This document shows positions 1 to 10,960 of a stretch of DNA of 64,000 bases, piece by piece. Position numbers and translations under genes: made by a program. Numbering within the stretch: the first letter of the stretch is position 1; every line of letters starts with the position of its first letter. The stretch lies in contig JAUCBJ010001095.1 in assembly GCA_032718475.1 (NCBI GenBank), positions 7,266 to 71,265 of the forward strand, read 5' to 3'. The notes under the pieces are model-generated. The model was not told where the DNA came from and searched no databases. It was given only the letters and a program-made list of their open reading frames with translations. This stretch comes from Nemertoderma westbladi. Its lineage: Eukaryota > Animalia > Xenacoelomorpha.

Positions 1-755
1 ATAGATATAATCAATGTTCCTTGCTTTATTTATAGTGTATTTGCTTTCTTTAATTATTGTTCATACCGTATTTTATATTAATAAGTTTCATCATCCTGGA
101 TTTTTAGTGTATGGCCCCCATAAGTGCAGTTAAAGTCTGGGTGGTCTTCTCCCCTTTTATAATTACTTATAATTTAGTGCATGCATAATTTATTATGTTT
201 ATCGCATGAATGTTTATTTTACCATGGTCCATTGACCATGGTCCATGACCATTTACCATGGTGTTGATAATAATAATAATAAAATCCATCCATATTAAAA
301 TTAGGTAAATGTGTCGGATTAAAAATAGGTAAAAGATTAAGTATAGGTAAATCCCCTTTCACGCTTGCATATAAGTAAGCAAATGTAGAGTCAACTACAC
401 AAGTACACAATCTGACAATTACGCCATATCATTTTGTCAACTCACTGGTAATGTAATAACTATTTACATACTTTGTGTGTAAAAGTAGCACTTTACAGTG
501 TGATGATCCGAGTGGCTTTGTTACATATATGATTGTACATATACATTAAGTGATAGAAACAGCACAAATTCTATTAGTTGCTGTATAAATAATTGTAAAA
601 ATGACATAAATTATGTTATAAATAAGTTAGCTTATATTTATCGCGGCGTTTGGATCCATGTTATAATAATATAGCTAGGCCGTACTGGTTATTAATAGCT
701 ATACCCCACCTACCGGTAGGTAATGCAGTAGGCCTATCTGGCTGTCAGGCAAATA

Positions 756-833
756 CGTGGTAACCATGACGGCGTTAAGTAATGTCCACTAGGTGCTAGG
801 GGGACATTACTTAACGCCGTCATGGTTACCATG
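756..833. repeat. Perfect 30-bp inverted repeat flanked by TA (minimal MITE or hairpin)
   Basis: TGGTAACCATGACGGCGTTAAGTAATGTCC (758-787) is the exact reverse complement of 802-831; 14-nt loop; TA at 754-755 and 834-835. Confidence 0.85.
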
Positions 834-1289
834 TAAACAATAACACCAAATACAATACAAAATGTACAGGCCAATACAATGGTGTAATGTCCTGTAAAGT
901 TTTAAAGTGCTAAATAACAACTCGCTGTTAACGGCGTTCAGTAATGTTAAAATTTTGGAATAAAATATTTAAATATATACTGTAAGTATAAGTTATTCCG
1001 ATTCAGAGCATCAAAATATCGGAATTTTGTTTGTTCTGCATGTCAACTCGTTTATAACTACCATAGTCTTTAGGCCTACCTCAACTTGCTGACTTGGTAT
1101 AACTAAAACTTTCAACTTTGGTCCGGTGTTTAGTGCGCATCTGTGCATGCTGTGCATTGCAAGTAGGCCTACTGTACCTATTCACTATTGACTGACTGAA
1201 CTGATAGTAAACTAAGTTTTAGGTTCTACAGTAGCCTTGTAATGTAACTGTATGTATACTGTAGGTATACTGTCTGACTGTAGGGATGT

Positions 1290-1420
1290 ACCGGAATTCC
1301 GGCTGTTTTGGACTGATTCCGGTTCCGGCCGGAATGACTGACGAACCAGATGCGCGTTGCGCGTTTGGGTGAGACAGATGCGCGTTGCGCCTCAGCGCGC
1401 AGCTCTGCACTCTGATGCGC
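1290..1420 (+). promoter_or_regulatory. CpG-rich candidate promoter upstream of MRPS9
   Basis: Local GC/CpG-rich patch in AT-rich DNA with CCGGAA (ETS-like) motifs and a duplicated CAGATGCGCGTTGCGC (NRF1-like), about 600 bp upstream of the ATG. Confidence 0.3.
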
Positions 1421-2008
1421 ACCACAAATTAATTGAAATCACGAAAATACACAAAAAAATTTCGCTCGCTTCACTCGCGTTTGTTTCTTATTATCATTTC
1501 CAATTCTTCAAGCAGCCAAATCATTTCACCATAATTCCGGAGCTGAAGATTTGTTAATTTATTTTAACTACTATAGTTATTACTGTATTATGTTTACGGT
1601 ACGTTAGTAAACAGGTAAAGTTAGAAAGTAACAAATTATTAAGTATGCAGCTAAGCTGTAAGCAGCTACAGACTTAACGGTGTAACTGACTAACTCTACT
1701 GTGGTGACTCTATCTTGTGATACCCTACTTTTTCTGGTTTTGATGAGGTATGGTTAGTGGTTACTTAAATATTACCGCTTTTCATAAGCCTACGGTCTGA
1801 CGGTAGCGGTACGGTGCGGTATTGATTGAATGAGTTGAGTAGCCTATACACTATCTGACTACTGGACTATACTTATACAGCTATACCTGTAAAGCGGTGT
1901 ACAGTGTACAGTGTACTACAATACAGCAATATCATAATACAAATACAGATATAGGGCCTATCTAGCAGTCTAGCCACTAGCCTATGCAGCTGTGGTTTAA
2001 AGTTGAAT

Positions 2009-3229
2009 ATGATTGTATCCAGCTCAACTAAATTAATACGCTTCTCTCTCCTTACTGGGGGTAATCCACTCCGCAGTATTACATCTAGTTGTATTCTAAA
2101 GGCGGCTCAAATAAACAAGAAAGAATCACAACACATTAAGTCATCGGCTTACAGAATGGGCCGATACGCACCAGTCGATCACCAGGACTACCGCAAGGTT
2201 CTACCAGGACACGTGTTCGAATACTGGCGTTCAGATACTCAACACAGGGACGAGTTGATGCGAGACTACGAGACGGGAAAGCGAATGTTAGCCAACATAA
2301 TGGGCCAGTCGCCAGAAGAAATGGATGAGAAATCGGTGTCGCGAGCATTAAACTATCTCCTACCCTCGATGCTGTTCGATAAATCTGCACGCCCCGTTAT
2401 GGAACATCCCGATAAGATATTCCCACCGATCGCAGCCCTCTCGAACATCGCAGAGACCCAAACCAGACCTTCCGACCCATTCTTCTATAACAACCCGAAA
2501 GGTCTTGGCCTCGGCTCCATTCATCACAAAGCCGTTAAAGAACTCCTTATACTCGATTCGATTGCGTTTTACGCGCGCGACGCCCCACAGCGGCGGATGC
2601 AGGTCGACTGGACGCGATTCCGGTTGAAAAACCAGGAAGAGTTAAAGAACGATGGACTCATTGGGATCGAAAGGAGCGATTACTTGCGGTTTATTGCGGC
2701 TCTCATGAAGATAATCAATCACCCGTTCGGTTTAACGTCCGCGGAGTTCTTAGACGAATACTTTGTGAGCGTGGAGAGTCGTGGTAAGTACCAGCGGTGT
2801 CCGTTGTGTGTAGATCGAGACGGTAGGTTCTACACTATAGTGAAGGGGAGACGGAAGAATCAGTCAGCCGAAGTCAGACTGCTCGATAACGGAACGGGGA
2901 AGTTCACCGTGAACGGGATGTCCTTCGGCGATTACTTTACGGTAGCGGAGGACAGACAGCAGCTCGTCGTCCCATTCACTGTTATAGGCAGACTAGGGGA
3001 CTTCGATGTGAATGCTGTGTGTCTGGGGGACGGGGACGGGTTTGGGACGCAGTCCAAGGCCGGGGCGATAAGGTACGGGATCGCTAGGGGGCTCACTGCC
3101 TTCGTTAGTGACGGGGATATAACCAAACTACAGATCGCGGGGTTGCTCACGGCCGATTCCAGGTTCAAGGAGCGGTTAATATACGGGACCTACGGGGCGA
3201 GACGACCAAAACCATGGCGACCGCGGTAA
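2009..3229 (+). CDS. MRPS9: Mitochondrial ribosomal protein S9 (uS9m), single-exon CDS
   Basis: Basic/Ser-rich N-terminus like a transit peptide; MRPS9-type GKRMLANIMG...ALNYLLPSMLFDKSARPVMEHP; C-terminal uS9 domain GRRK..A.V.L...GTGKFTVNG...AGAIRYGIARGL...AGLLTAD.R.KER...G..GAR...W..R. First ATG is 2009 (the track starts at TTG 2003). Confidence 0.93.
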   Translation: MIVSSSTKLIRFSLLTGGNPLRSITSSCILKAAQINKKESQHIKSSAYRMGRYAPVDHQDYRKVLPGHVFEYWRSDTQHRDELMRDYETGKRMLANIMGQSPEEMDEKSVSRALNYLLPSMLFDKSARPVMEHPDKIFPPIAALSNIAETQTRPSDPFFYNNPKGLGLGSIHHKAVKELLILDSIAFYARDAPQRRMQVDWTRFRLKNQEELKNDGLIGIERSDYLRFIAALMKIINHPFGLTSAEFLDEYFVSVESRGKYQRCPLCVDRDGRFYTIVKGRRKNQSAEVRLLDNGTGKFTVNGMSFGDYFTVAEDRQQLVVPFTVIGRLGDFDVNAVCLGDGDGFGTQSKAGAIRYGIARGLTAFVSDGDITKLQIAGLLTADSRFKERLIYGTYGARRPKPWRPR

Positions 3230-3276
3230 ACAACGGGAGAACCGAAATCGAAACCGAAATGTGTACTATTGTTAGT

Positions 3277-3282
3277 AATAAA
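3277..3282 (+). terminator. Polyadenylation signal of MRPS9
   Basis: AATAAA 48 nt after the stop codon. Confidence 0.55.
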
Positions 3283-3799
3283 TAGCCCGTTACCATACCA
3301 ACAACTGTAAACAAATATGACCAGTCGAAAACCACATGGCGACTGCTGTAAACGAATTGGAGTTAATTAAGTACAGACCCGTAATTCAGTGGAATCTCTA
3401 TCTGAACCCAGGCCAGGACAACCACTGAAATAATACTATGCTACGACTACGACCGTACCCAGTACCAAATCATGGTGGCTGTTGTAAGTAATTGGAGAAT
3501 AGGTAACCAGGCGACACTGCAAACAGTCAGATCGTCAACGATGGAACGTGTAAATATAAATTATTTATAAATAATTGTTTCTCTTCAAATATTACAATAA
3601 TTATGCATTTACAATAGATTGATATGCTACTTTTTATTTCCTCTTAGGTGGTGCTGATTTATATTCTCAAAAACTCTAAAATTGAATTAAGGGGTATTAA
3701 CAAGTATATCGATTATTTAGTATCCCGAGGTAAACAAGTGCAGATCCCAAGTAGATTTCTTAGTTGTATTGGTTTATTTTTCCGAATCGAGATCTAAGC

Positions 3800-4060
3800 A
3801 GCAGATAGTTAATTGTTCTTAACACAGCGAGTTGATGATAACTGACCAAGCCTCTGGGTGGGTATGTGGTTGGTCTAAGGCCAAAGCACAATATTATACA
3901 CAGGCTGGTTCTCACGGCGAAAGCAATGTCCTGCAAAGCGGAGGTGGCCTTGTTCAAGTGTCAATCTCGGGGGAAACAATGAGACACATCCAATATTATA
4001 TTTAATAGTGTCTGACTGGAGATGTATGCATTAGTGTATTGTACTTGACACAGTGAAACC
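3800..4060 (-). mobile_element. RTE-LINE 3'-derived interspersed repeat (SINE-like), copy 1
   Basis: Minus strand reads HLRFAGHCFRRENQPV, like the RTE ORF C-terminus; 3903-4060 aligns with 27070-27242. Confidence 0.6.
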
Positions 4061-4149
4061 GGCTGCCACATAAAAATGTTTATCATTATTCAATAAAATG
4101 CAACAAGTGTTGCTCTTGCTATTATTTATAATATAGACATCCATGTATA

Positions 4150-4710
4150 TAATATATCTGTGGGGCGAGCGACGAAAGAAAGCGAGCATAGCATACAGGT
4201 ACCACTAACTCAATCGGTGTGTCTGTTGTTCTGTTGTGTTCAATTTTAAACGTTAATACCTCAGCCAAGTATCGATGAAATATATCCAAACTTGGTACAC
4301 ATGTAGTCTAGCAAAAGTTTAGAAATTTTCCATGTTGAATTTCCGTGTGACATTCGAGAAGCTAAGATAATAGCAGTTAATTAATTAAATTGGTTGGGGT
4401 AAAAACAGCATTTTCAAGCCTGTCTTGTAATGGAAATTAATTATTTTAGAGTATAAGATATAAATAATTATACTTAAAAAAGTTATACAGCTGTAATCCA
4501 CATACCCCATTCCAATATAGTTTTTAATTAGTTCAAGTGATTTTTTTTAAGAAATGTGGTTTTAATTGATCTAAACGTAATTAAGTATCAAAATGCCCTC
4601 GCCACTCTACCACCCTCATTCCTTGGCATACTAACTAGCTAGCTATTGCCTACTACTTGGCAATGGGTAATTACATCTATATAGGACATAAAGGCAGGCA
4701 CTACAACTAG
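4150..4710 (+). mobile_element. Old non-autonomous Helentron/HINE-like element
   Basis: GCGAGCGA..AAGCGAGC near the start, short microsatellite, core with CCAAACTTGGTACACA, ends ...CACTACAACTAG|T. Boundaries approximate. Confidence 0.4.
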
Positions 4711-6140
4711 TGTAACTAATAAGCCAGCTTGCTTTATCCTGCCTTTCATTTATCCTCTGTGCCCCTTAGGGTTGAGGTGGTGCAGATTAAGAGGGCGGTT
4801 GAAGCGAGGGGGGGACTTTCCTCCCTTCTTTGATTTATTATTATTGGCGGTTTGGTTAAATTTCTTAATTATTTATTAAAATTTCTTAAGTACCGATTTT
4901 GGGATAGAATTGCTCAATGTTAATCTGTATCTGATAACTGAGCCTCGTCCTGCGCGAAGGCCCCAGAAACGTGTAGCACTGTAGGTAGTTGTAAAAGCAA
5001 AACCCTTACCTATACTTTATTATTCATTATTTTTGCTATTGGCAAAAATTGTAAATTTTTATACAATTGTACAAATTTTAAGCTGCAGGGCATATCAATT
5101 CAGATATAGCAAATCCAGAAAAATCCCGATATTTTTCCTTGCAACACTAATGCACACATATCCAAGCTTGACACGTGAACAAAGCCGCCTCCAATGGTCA
5201 TAGTCAATGCAACCATGTGGGGCTTCGTTATCGGCTGGGGTTAATCTGGTTCGTTGTTGGAAAGTTGAGCGAAGTACATTTAATACGTAGACCCTATATT
5301 AATCCGCTAACAACAATTATGGCTTCAGTCTGAGCGACGTACATAATGTACGTTTGGAAAACGCCCTTCCGATGAATTCTCCCAATATTGATTAGACCTT
5401 CCAATATGTCAATCATTCCAATTATTTCGCAGTATGTCAATCATTGCATTTTTTCGCACTCTCTCCAATATTAATTAGCCACTTCGTGTGTCCACAAAAC
5501 GAATCACAGAAAGGGCCTACACAACGTTTCGAGTAGGTAAACGCGTTTCATTATAGGCATACAGTACACGTCGATAAAATGTGCTTTAAAAACATTGATG
5601 CTGATCCGTGACATAATTTATTAGCAACTTAATGGCGTTTAAGAGAACGGCTTCCTTTTATATAATTAATTGGAAGCGCCAATATCTTTTGATTAAACAC
5701 AAGCTAACACATTTGATGTCTTCATACTGTAGATAGTCAAAAGTAAAAATCAAATTGGATAGGCTAAGAAATTACTTACAATGGGAATTTATGTAGAACT
5801 AGAAATTATAATAATATTTCCTTCCACGAAAATATTATTCTAAATTTTTATTGTAGGTCTAACCCCGACTAAATAGTTGGTTAAAAAAATAAGTGGTTTA
5901 ACTATTGGGAAGGATGTTTACCTTATCTAACAATGGCAAAGAAACGTTAACGTACAGCCCTGGTTCGAACCTCACGTAGTCGTTTGCATAACTTTTATAC
6001 AAAAACTATTTTGATGTCTTCATCTCAAAATAACGTTGAAATAATAGGTCAACTCTAATTTATTAGATAAGCTTACTTTTATTTAACAGCGTTAGAATAA
6101 AAGGGAGGAAATAATACCCATTTAGGAATAAATTAATTCT

Positions 6141-6147
6141 TATATAA
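6141..6147 (+). promoter_or_regulatory. Candidate TATA box of the peptide-precursor gene
   Basis: TATATAA 48 nt upstream of ATG 6189. Confidence 0.35.
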
Positions 6148-6188
6148 CTGATATATATACTGTATATATCGCCAGCGTTAATTACATA

Positions 6189-6419
6189 ATGGGCGACATA
6201 AATCTGAGATATATAATCCCGCTGCTTCTGATGCTGTTCTTAATGGTAACGTTTAGTCACGGTGAAGAGGTCGTAGATGTTGTGGCACGTGGTCCTCACG
6301 GTGAAGAGGTCGTTGATGTTGTGGCACGTGGGCCTCATGCTCATGGAGAACAGATCGTAAATCTTGAAGCTCGGAATTCGTTGCCACCCACAGCCTTCCC
6401 CGGAATCAATAGTGGATAA
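6189..6419 (+). CDS. Secreted repeat-peptide precursor (neuropeptide, toxin or antimicrobial-like), 76 aa
   Basis: ATG start, hydrophobic signal peptide ending S-H-G, three acidic spacers ending in AR each followed by a Gly-terminated peptide. In-frame 39-bp duplication (6258-6296, 6297-6335) differs only at two synonymous third positions. Confidence 0.7.
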   Translation: MGDINLRYIIPLLLMLFLMVTFSHGEEVVDVVARGPHGEEVVDVVARGPHAHGEQIVNLEARNSLPPTAFPGINSG

Positions 6420-6493
6420 ACACATTTACTACAACTAAATAGGTTCAATTGTAGGTAATGTACAGTATAAGTTGTTAACAGTAATGGTGGTTG

Positions 6494-6738
6494 TGTAGCG
6501 GTAACAGATATCGAACCGTGAGATACTTTCACTTTCGACGGACAACATACTGCTGTCCGTGTCAGTCTTCATATTACACTCATACCGGTACTACCATTTA
6601 CTGGTTTTATATATGTACCTACCGGTGCCACACCAACTGTCCTGGTGACAACATAGTACATGTTCCTGACTGTGATATATTACTGTATTACGTTGAAATG
6701 ATGTGAGTCGCGCTAATGCGAGAATCGCGCTCACTACA
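6494..6738 (+). repeat. 5' LTR
   Basis: Matches 10696-10940 except A6636/G10838. Confidence 0.96.
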
Positions 6739-6739
6739 T

Positions 6740-6752
6740 TGGTGACCCAGAC
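6740..6752 (+). other. Primer-binding site, tRNA-Trp-like
   Basis: TGGTGACCCAGAC one base after the LTR; compare the tRNA-Trp PBS TGGTGACCCCGAC. Confidence 0.7.
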
Positions 6753-6811
6753 TGACGCAAACGGGTTTGCGTCAATACAGCAAAATACATCTGTTTATAC
6801 ATAACTGCATA

Positions 6812-7534
6812 ATGGCTAACGAGGCAAATGTCAACGCGGTTGGAGTTAAACTGCCACACTTCTGGGCCGAAAACCCGTCGGTATGGTTTGCCCAGGTGGA
6901 GGCCCAGTTTAGCATCCGGAGGATCGTCGACGACACGACTAAATACTTCTACGTTGTCGCCGCTCTGGATCAACCCACCGCCGCCCGTCTACTGGACATC
7001 CTCACCGCCCCGCCTTCCGAAGGGAAATACGAATCCCTCAAGGCTCGACTCCTCGGAACTTTCGCCTTGAGTCGACGCGAGCGCGCCGCGAAGCTGCTGC
7101 GGATGCGCGGGCTGGGCGACCGCAAGCCGTCCCAGTTGATGGACGAGATGTTGGGGCTCCTCGCCGGCCATACTCCGTGTCTGCTGTTCGAGCAGCTCTT
7201 TCTGGAACAGCTCCCCGAGGACATCCGGCTCCAGGTCTCCAACAACTCTTTCGCGGATCCCCGCGCCCTGGCTGCCACCGCCGACGTTCTGTGGCTAGCC
7301 AAACAGCAGGGAGTCTCCCAACCAGCCGGATTAAACCGGGTGACGAACTCACTACCGACGAAGAACTCCTCCGCGCCGCAACCCACGAAGGCGACCACGA
7401 ACTCATCCGGTAGGCCTACTGCTCGACCCGACACCGACGGGTTGTGCTACTACCACGCCCGGTTTGGTAGTGCCGCCAAGCAGTGCCGGTCGCCGTGCAG
7501 CTTCCCGGGAAACGCTCCGACCAGCCGACGCTAG
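6812..7534 (+). CDS. gag: Retrotransposon Gag
   Basis: [30 protein letters not shown] and C-terminal [12 protein letters not shown] motifs typical of invertebrate Gypsy Gag; ATG at 6812. Confidence 0.9.
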   Translation: MANEANVNAVGVKLPHFWAENPSVWFAQVEAQFSIRRIVDDTTKYFYVVAALDQPTAARLLDILTAPPSEGKYESLKARLLGTFALSRRERAAKLLRMRGLGDRKPSQLMDEMLGLLAGHTPCLLFEQLFLEQLPEDIRLQVSNNSFADPRALAATADVLWLAKQQGVSQPAGLNRVTNSLPTKNSSAPQPTKATTNSSGRPTARPDTDGLCYYHARFGSAAKQCRSPCSFPGNAPTSRR

Positions 7535-10500
7535 CCGCTGCGTCGACTGGTCGCTACCACCAGCGGGACAACCTCCTCTACCTCTGGGACCGAAACTCCG
7601 GCCGCCACTTCCTCGTGGACACCGGCGCCCAGGTGAGCGTGTTTCCCGCCAGCGGATTTGACACCCGTTCCGGTCGTACCGGACCGCCGCTCCGCGCCGT
7701 CAACGGATCACCGATCCGTTCCTACGGAACCCGCGGAGTTCCTCTGCGGTTCAACGGCCGCCAGTTCAACTGGGACTTCGTGATCGCGGACGTCCCCCAG
7801 CCGTTGCTAGGGGCGGACTTCCTCTGCGACCACGCCCTGATGGTGGACGTCAAGGGGCAGCAACTCATCGACATGGAAACCTTCCAGCCGATCCCCCTCC
7901 GTTGCTCCTCCTCCACCATCCCAGGAACCCACCCTCAACTCGCGTCGACAGCCGTAGATCGAGTCTACGCCGACCTCCTGGCGGAGTTCTCCTCCATCAC
8001 GACGCCGACCTTCTCGGACTCGTCTACTCGCCACGGCGTGGAGCATTACATCCCGACCGCCGGTCGCCCCGTCCACGCCCGCGCTCGACGACTCCCGCCG
8101 GATAAACTCGAGATCGCGCGGGCGGAGTTCAGCAAGATGGAGGAGATGGGGATTATTCGCCGTTCGAATAGTCCCTGGTCGTCTCCCCTCCATATGGCGC
8201 CCAAGCCGGCCGGGGGTTGGCGCCCCTGCGGGGACTACCGTCTCCTCAACGACGCCACGACCCCCGATCGCTACCCAGTCCCGCACATCCAGGACTTCTC
8301 GGCGCGTCTCGCCGGGGCCACGATCTTCTCTAAGGTCGACCTGGTGCGGGGCTACCACCAGATCCCCGTGGCCCCCGGCGACGTTCCCAAGACCGCCGTT
8401 ATCACTCCGTTCGGACTCTTCGAGTTTGTCCGGATGCCGTTCGGCCTCAAGAACGCCGCCCAGGCCTTCCAACGCCTGATGGACTCCGTCTGCGCTGGGT
8501 TGGACTTCCTCTTCGCGTACCTGGACGACATTCTCATCGCAAGCGCGACCCCCGAGGAACACCTCGTACACCTCCGCCAACTCTTCCAACGACTCCAGGA
8601 CAACGGCCTCATCGTCAACCTGGCGAAGTGCGAGTTCGGGGTGGCGGAGATCCAGTTCCTCGGACACATCGTCAACGAGTCCGGAGTCCATCCGCTCCCG
8701 GACAAGGTGGAAGCCGTCCGCTCCTTCCCTTGTCCAACCACCACTAAAGGGTTGCGGGAATTTATCGGTATGGTCACGTTTTACCACCGATTTATTCCCG
8801 CAGCTGCTGCCACCATGCAGCCCCTTTATGCCGCCGTCGCCACCAAGGTTAAGGACGTCGACTGGACTCCCGAACTCACCGCCGCGTTCGAGTCCTCCAA
8901 GCGGGCCCTCGCGGACGCCACCATGCTCGTCCACCCCCGCCACGACGCCCCAACCTCCATCACCACCGACGCCTCCGACTCCGCAGTCGGCGCGGCCCTC
9001 GAACAGTGGTCCGATGGGAAGTGGCGGCCGCTCGCCTTCTTCAGCCGCCAACTCCGCCCTCCGGAACGGAAGTACAGCGCCTACGACCGCGAACTCCTCG
9101 GCCTGTACCTCGCGGTCCGCCACTTCCGGTATTTCCTAGAGGGCCGTCCGTTTGTGGCCTATACGGACCACAAACCGCTGACCCACGCGTTCGCCAAGGT
9201 CACTGACCCCTGGTCTCCCCGTCAACAGCGCCACCTGGCGTACATATCTGAGTTCACCACAAATGTACGTCATGTTGACGGGAAGGACAACCAGGTGGCG
9301 GACGCCCTCTCCCGCAGTTTCGTGGGCCACCTGTCGACCCAACTCGGGGTCGACTACACCGCCATGGCGGCCGCCCAGCGGGAGGACAACGAACTCCAGA
9401 CCCTCCGGAGAAACCCAGGTAGCCTTGACCTGCGTGACGTCACGTTCATGGAGAAGGACGTCACGCTTCTCTGCGACGTCTCGACTGGCCAACCCCGGCC
9501 GCTCGTCCCGAGTTCGTGGCGCCGTCGCGTGTTCGACGTAGTCCACTCCCTGTCCCATCCGTCCATCCGCTCAACTCGGAAGCTCATCTCGGAGCGCTTT
9601 GTCTGGCACGGCCTCGCCAAACAGGTAACCGCCTGGGCCAAGGCCTGCGTCGCCTGCCAGACCTCCAAGGTTCAGCGCCATACGAAGACTCCACTGGAGA
9701 CCTTCACTGTCCCACGTCGTCGCTTCGACCACGTTAACGTCGACCTGGTAGGTCCCCTCCCTCCATCCCAAGGGTTCACCTACCTCTTCACCATCGTCGA
9801 CCGGACGACGCGTTGGCCCGAGGCCATTCCGCTCGCCGACTCAACAACCGAGACCTGCGCCCGCGCTCTCGTCGCCCACTGGATCGCCCGGTTCGGCGTC
9901 CCGGCCGAGCTCTCCTCCGACCGTGGCGCCCAGTTCACCTCGGAGTTGTGGTCCGAAGTCAACCGCCTCCTCGGGACGAAACTCCACCGGACCACGTCGT
10001 ACCACCCGCAGGCAAACGGTCTGGTGGAACGGTTCCACCGCTCCCTCAAGGCGTCCCTGAGGGCCCGACTAACCGGCCCCAACTGGGTGGATGAACTGCC
10101 CTGGGCCCTTCTCGGCAACCGGACCGCCCCAAAGGAAGACCTGAACTGCTCCTCGGCTGAGTTGGTGTACGGCTCACCACTAACGGTGCCCGGTGACTTC
10201 GTCGCCTCGCCAACCAATCCACCGGAATCCACAGCCTTCCTTCAGGACCTCCACAAACACGCGAGGCAGTTCGTGCCGACACCAACCTCGCGACACGGGA
10301 AACCCGGCTCATCTGTGCCTCCTCAGCTGAGTACAAGCGAGTACGTCTTTGTGCGTAATGACGCACACCGCGGCCCCTTACAGCGGCCCTACACTGGGCC
10401 GTATAAAGTAGCGGAACGGGGGCCCAAAACATTCATCGTCGAGGTGGGTGGTCGGCGCGAAACTATATCCGTCGACAGACTAAAACCGGCCCACCTCGCG

Positions 10501-10674
10501 ATCGACCAGCCCGTTGCAGTGGCCGTCCCGCCACGCCGTGGTCGACCACCCACTGCCAGTACCACCCCGGCTGAACCTCCTACTCCCTCACCCCACCAAG
10601 CGGAAACTCCGTCCGAACTTCCCGTAACTACTCGAAGTGGGCGGGAAATCCGACAGCCGAAGTATTTTTTTTAA
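7483..10674 (+). CDS. pol: Retrotransposon Pol (protease, RT, RNase H, integrase), expressed as a Gag-Pol fusion
   Basis: FLVDTGA protease, YLDD RT, TDAS...YSAYDRELL RNase H, HHCC zinc finger, DDE integrase (VDLVGP, SDRG, VER), GPY motif; uninterrupted. Confidence 0.96.
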   Translation: MPVAVQLPGKRSDQPTLAAASTGRYHQRDNLLYLWDRNSGRHFLVDTGAQVSVFPASGFDTRSGRTGPPLRAVNGSPIRSYGTRGVPLRFNGRQFNWDFVIADVPQPLLGADFLCDHALMVDVKGQQLIDMETFQPIPLRCSSSTIPGTHPQLASTAVDRVYADLLAEFSSITTPTFSDSSTRHGVEHYIPTAGRPVHARARRLPPDKLEIARAEFSKMEEMGIIRRSNSPWSSPLHMAPKPAGGWRPCGDYRLLNDATTPDRYPVPHIQDFSARLAGATIFSKVDLVRGYHQIPVAPGDVPKTAVITPFGLFEFVRMPFGLKNAAQAFQRLMDSVCAGLDFLFAYLDDILIASATPEEHLVHLRQLFQRLQDNGLIVNLAKCEFGVAEIQFLGHIVNESGVHPLPDKVEAVRSFPCPTTTKGLREFIGMVTFYHRFIPAAAATMQPLYAAVATKVKDVDWTPELTAAFESSKRALADATMLVHPRHDAPTSITTDASDSAVGAALEQWSDGKWRPLAFFSRQLRPPERKYSAYDRELLGLYLAVRHFRYFLEGRPFVAYTDHKPLTHAFAKVTDPWSPRQQRHLAYISEFTTNVRHVDGKDNQVADALSRSFVGHLSTQLGVDYTAMAAAQREDNELQTLRRNPGSLDLRDVTFMEKDVTLLCDVSTGQPRPLVPSSWRRRVFDVVHSLSHPSIRSTRKLISERFVWHGLAKQVTAWAKACVACQTSKVQRHTKTPLETFTVPRRRFDHVNVDLVGPLPPSQGFTYLFTIVDRTTRWPEAIPLADSTTETCARALVAHWIARFGVPAELSSDRGAQFTSELWSEVNRLLGTKLHRTTSYHPQANGLVERFHRSLKASLRARLTGPNWVDELPWALLGNRTAPKEDLNCSSAELVYGSPLTVPGDFVASPTNPPESTAFLQDLHKHARQFVPTPTSRHGKPGSSVPPQLSTSEYVFVRNDAHRGPLQRPYTGPYKVAERGPKTFIVEVGGRRETISVDRLKPAHLAIDQPVAVAVPPRRGRPPTASTTPAEPPTPSPHQAETPSELPVTTRSGREIRQPKYFF
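7507..7556 (+). promoter_or_regulatory. -1 programmed ribosomal frameshift signal
   Basis: Slippery G_GGA_AAC (7507-7513) in gag frame, 6-nt spacer, stem 7520-7531/7540-7551; pol is in the -1 frame. Confidence 0.85.
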
Positions 10675-10684
10675 TCACGGTTCT

Positions 10685-10695
10685 GGGGGGAGTAG
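10685..10695 (+). other. Polypurine tract
   Basis: GGGGGGAGTAG immediately before the 3' LTR. Confidence 0.8.
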
Positions 10696-10940
10696 TGTAG
10701 CGGTAACAGATATCGAACCGTGAGATACTTTCACTTTCGACGGACAACATACTGCTGTCCGTGTCAGTCTTCATATTACACTCATACCGGTACTACCATT
10801 TACTGGTTTTATATATGTACCTACCGGTGCCACACCAGCTGTCCTGGTGACAACATAGTACATGTTCCTGACTGTGATATATTACTGTATTACGTTGAAA
10901 TGATGTGAGTCGCGCTAATGCGAGAATCGCGCTCACTACA
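10696..10940 (+). repeat. 3' LTR
   Basis: Direct repeat of 6494-6738. Confidence 0.96.
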
Positions 10941-10960
10941 GTTGCTTACTTCGTGTTTAA

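Larger units (their letters stand above)
6494..10940 (+). mobile_element. Full-length Ty3/Gypsy LTR retrotransposon
   Basis: Two 245-bp LTRs (TGTAG...CTACA), 4-bp TSD GTTG (6490-6493, 10941-10944), PBS, PPT, intact gag and pol in PR-RT-RH-IN order. Confidence 0.97.

Noticed and set aside
219-262. Short CCATGG repeats and a 63-aa ORF
   Set aside because: Too short and low-complexity to interpret.
6491-6706. Cys-rich ORF repeated at 10720-10908
   Set aside because: Lies within the LTRs with non-ATG starts.
6970-10432. Long antisense and alternate-frame ORFs over gag/pol (for example 7807-9123)
   Set aside because: Expected from GC-rich codon usage; no motifs.
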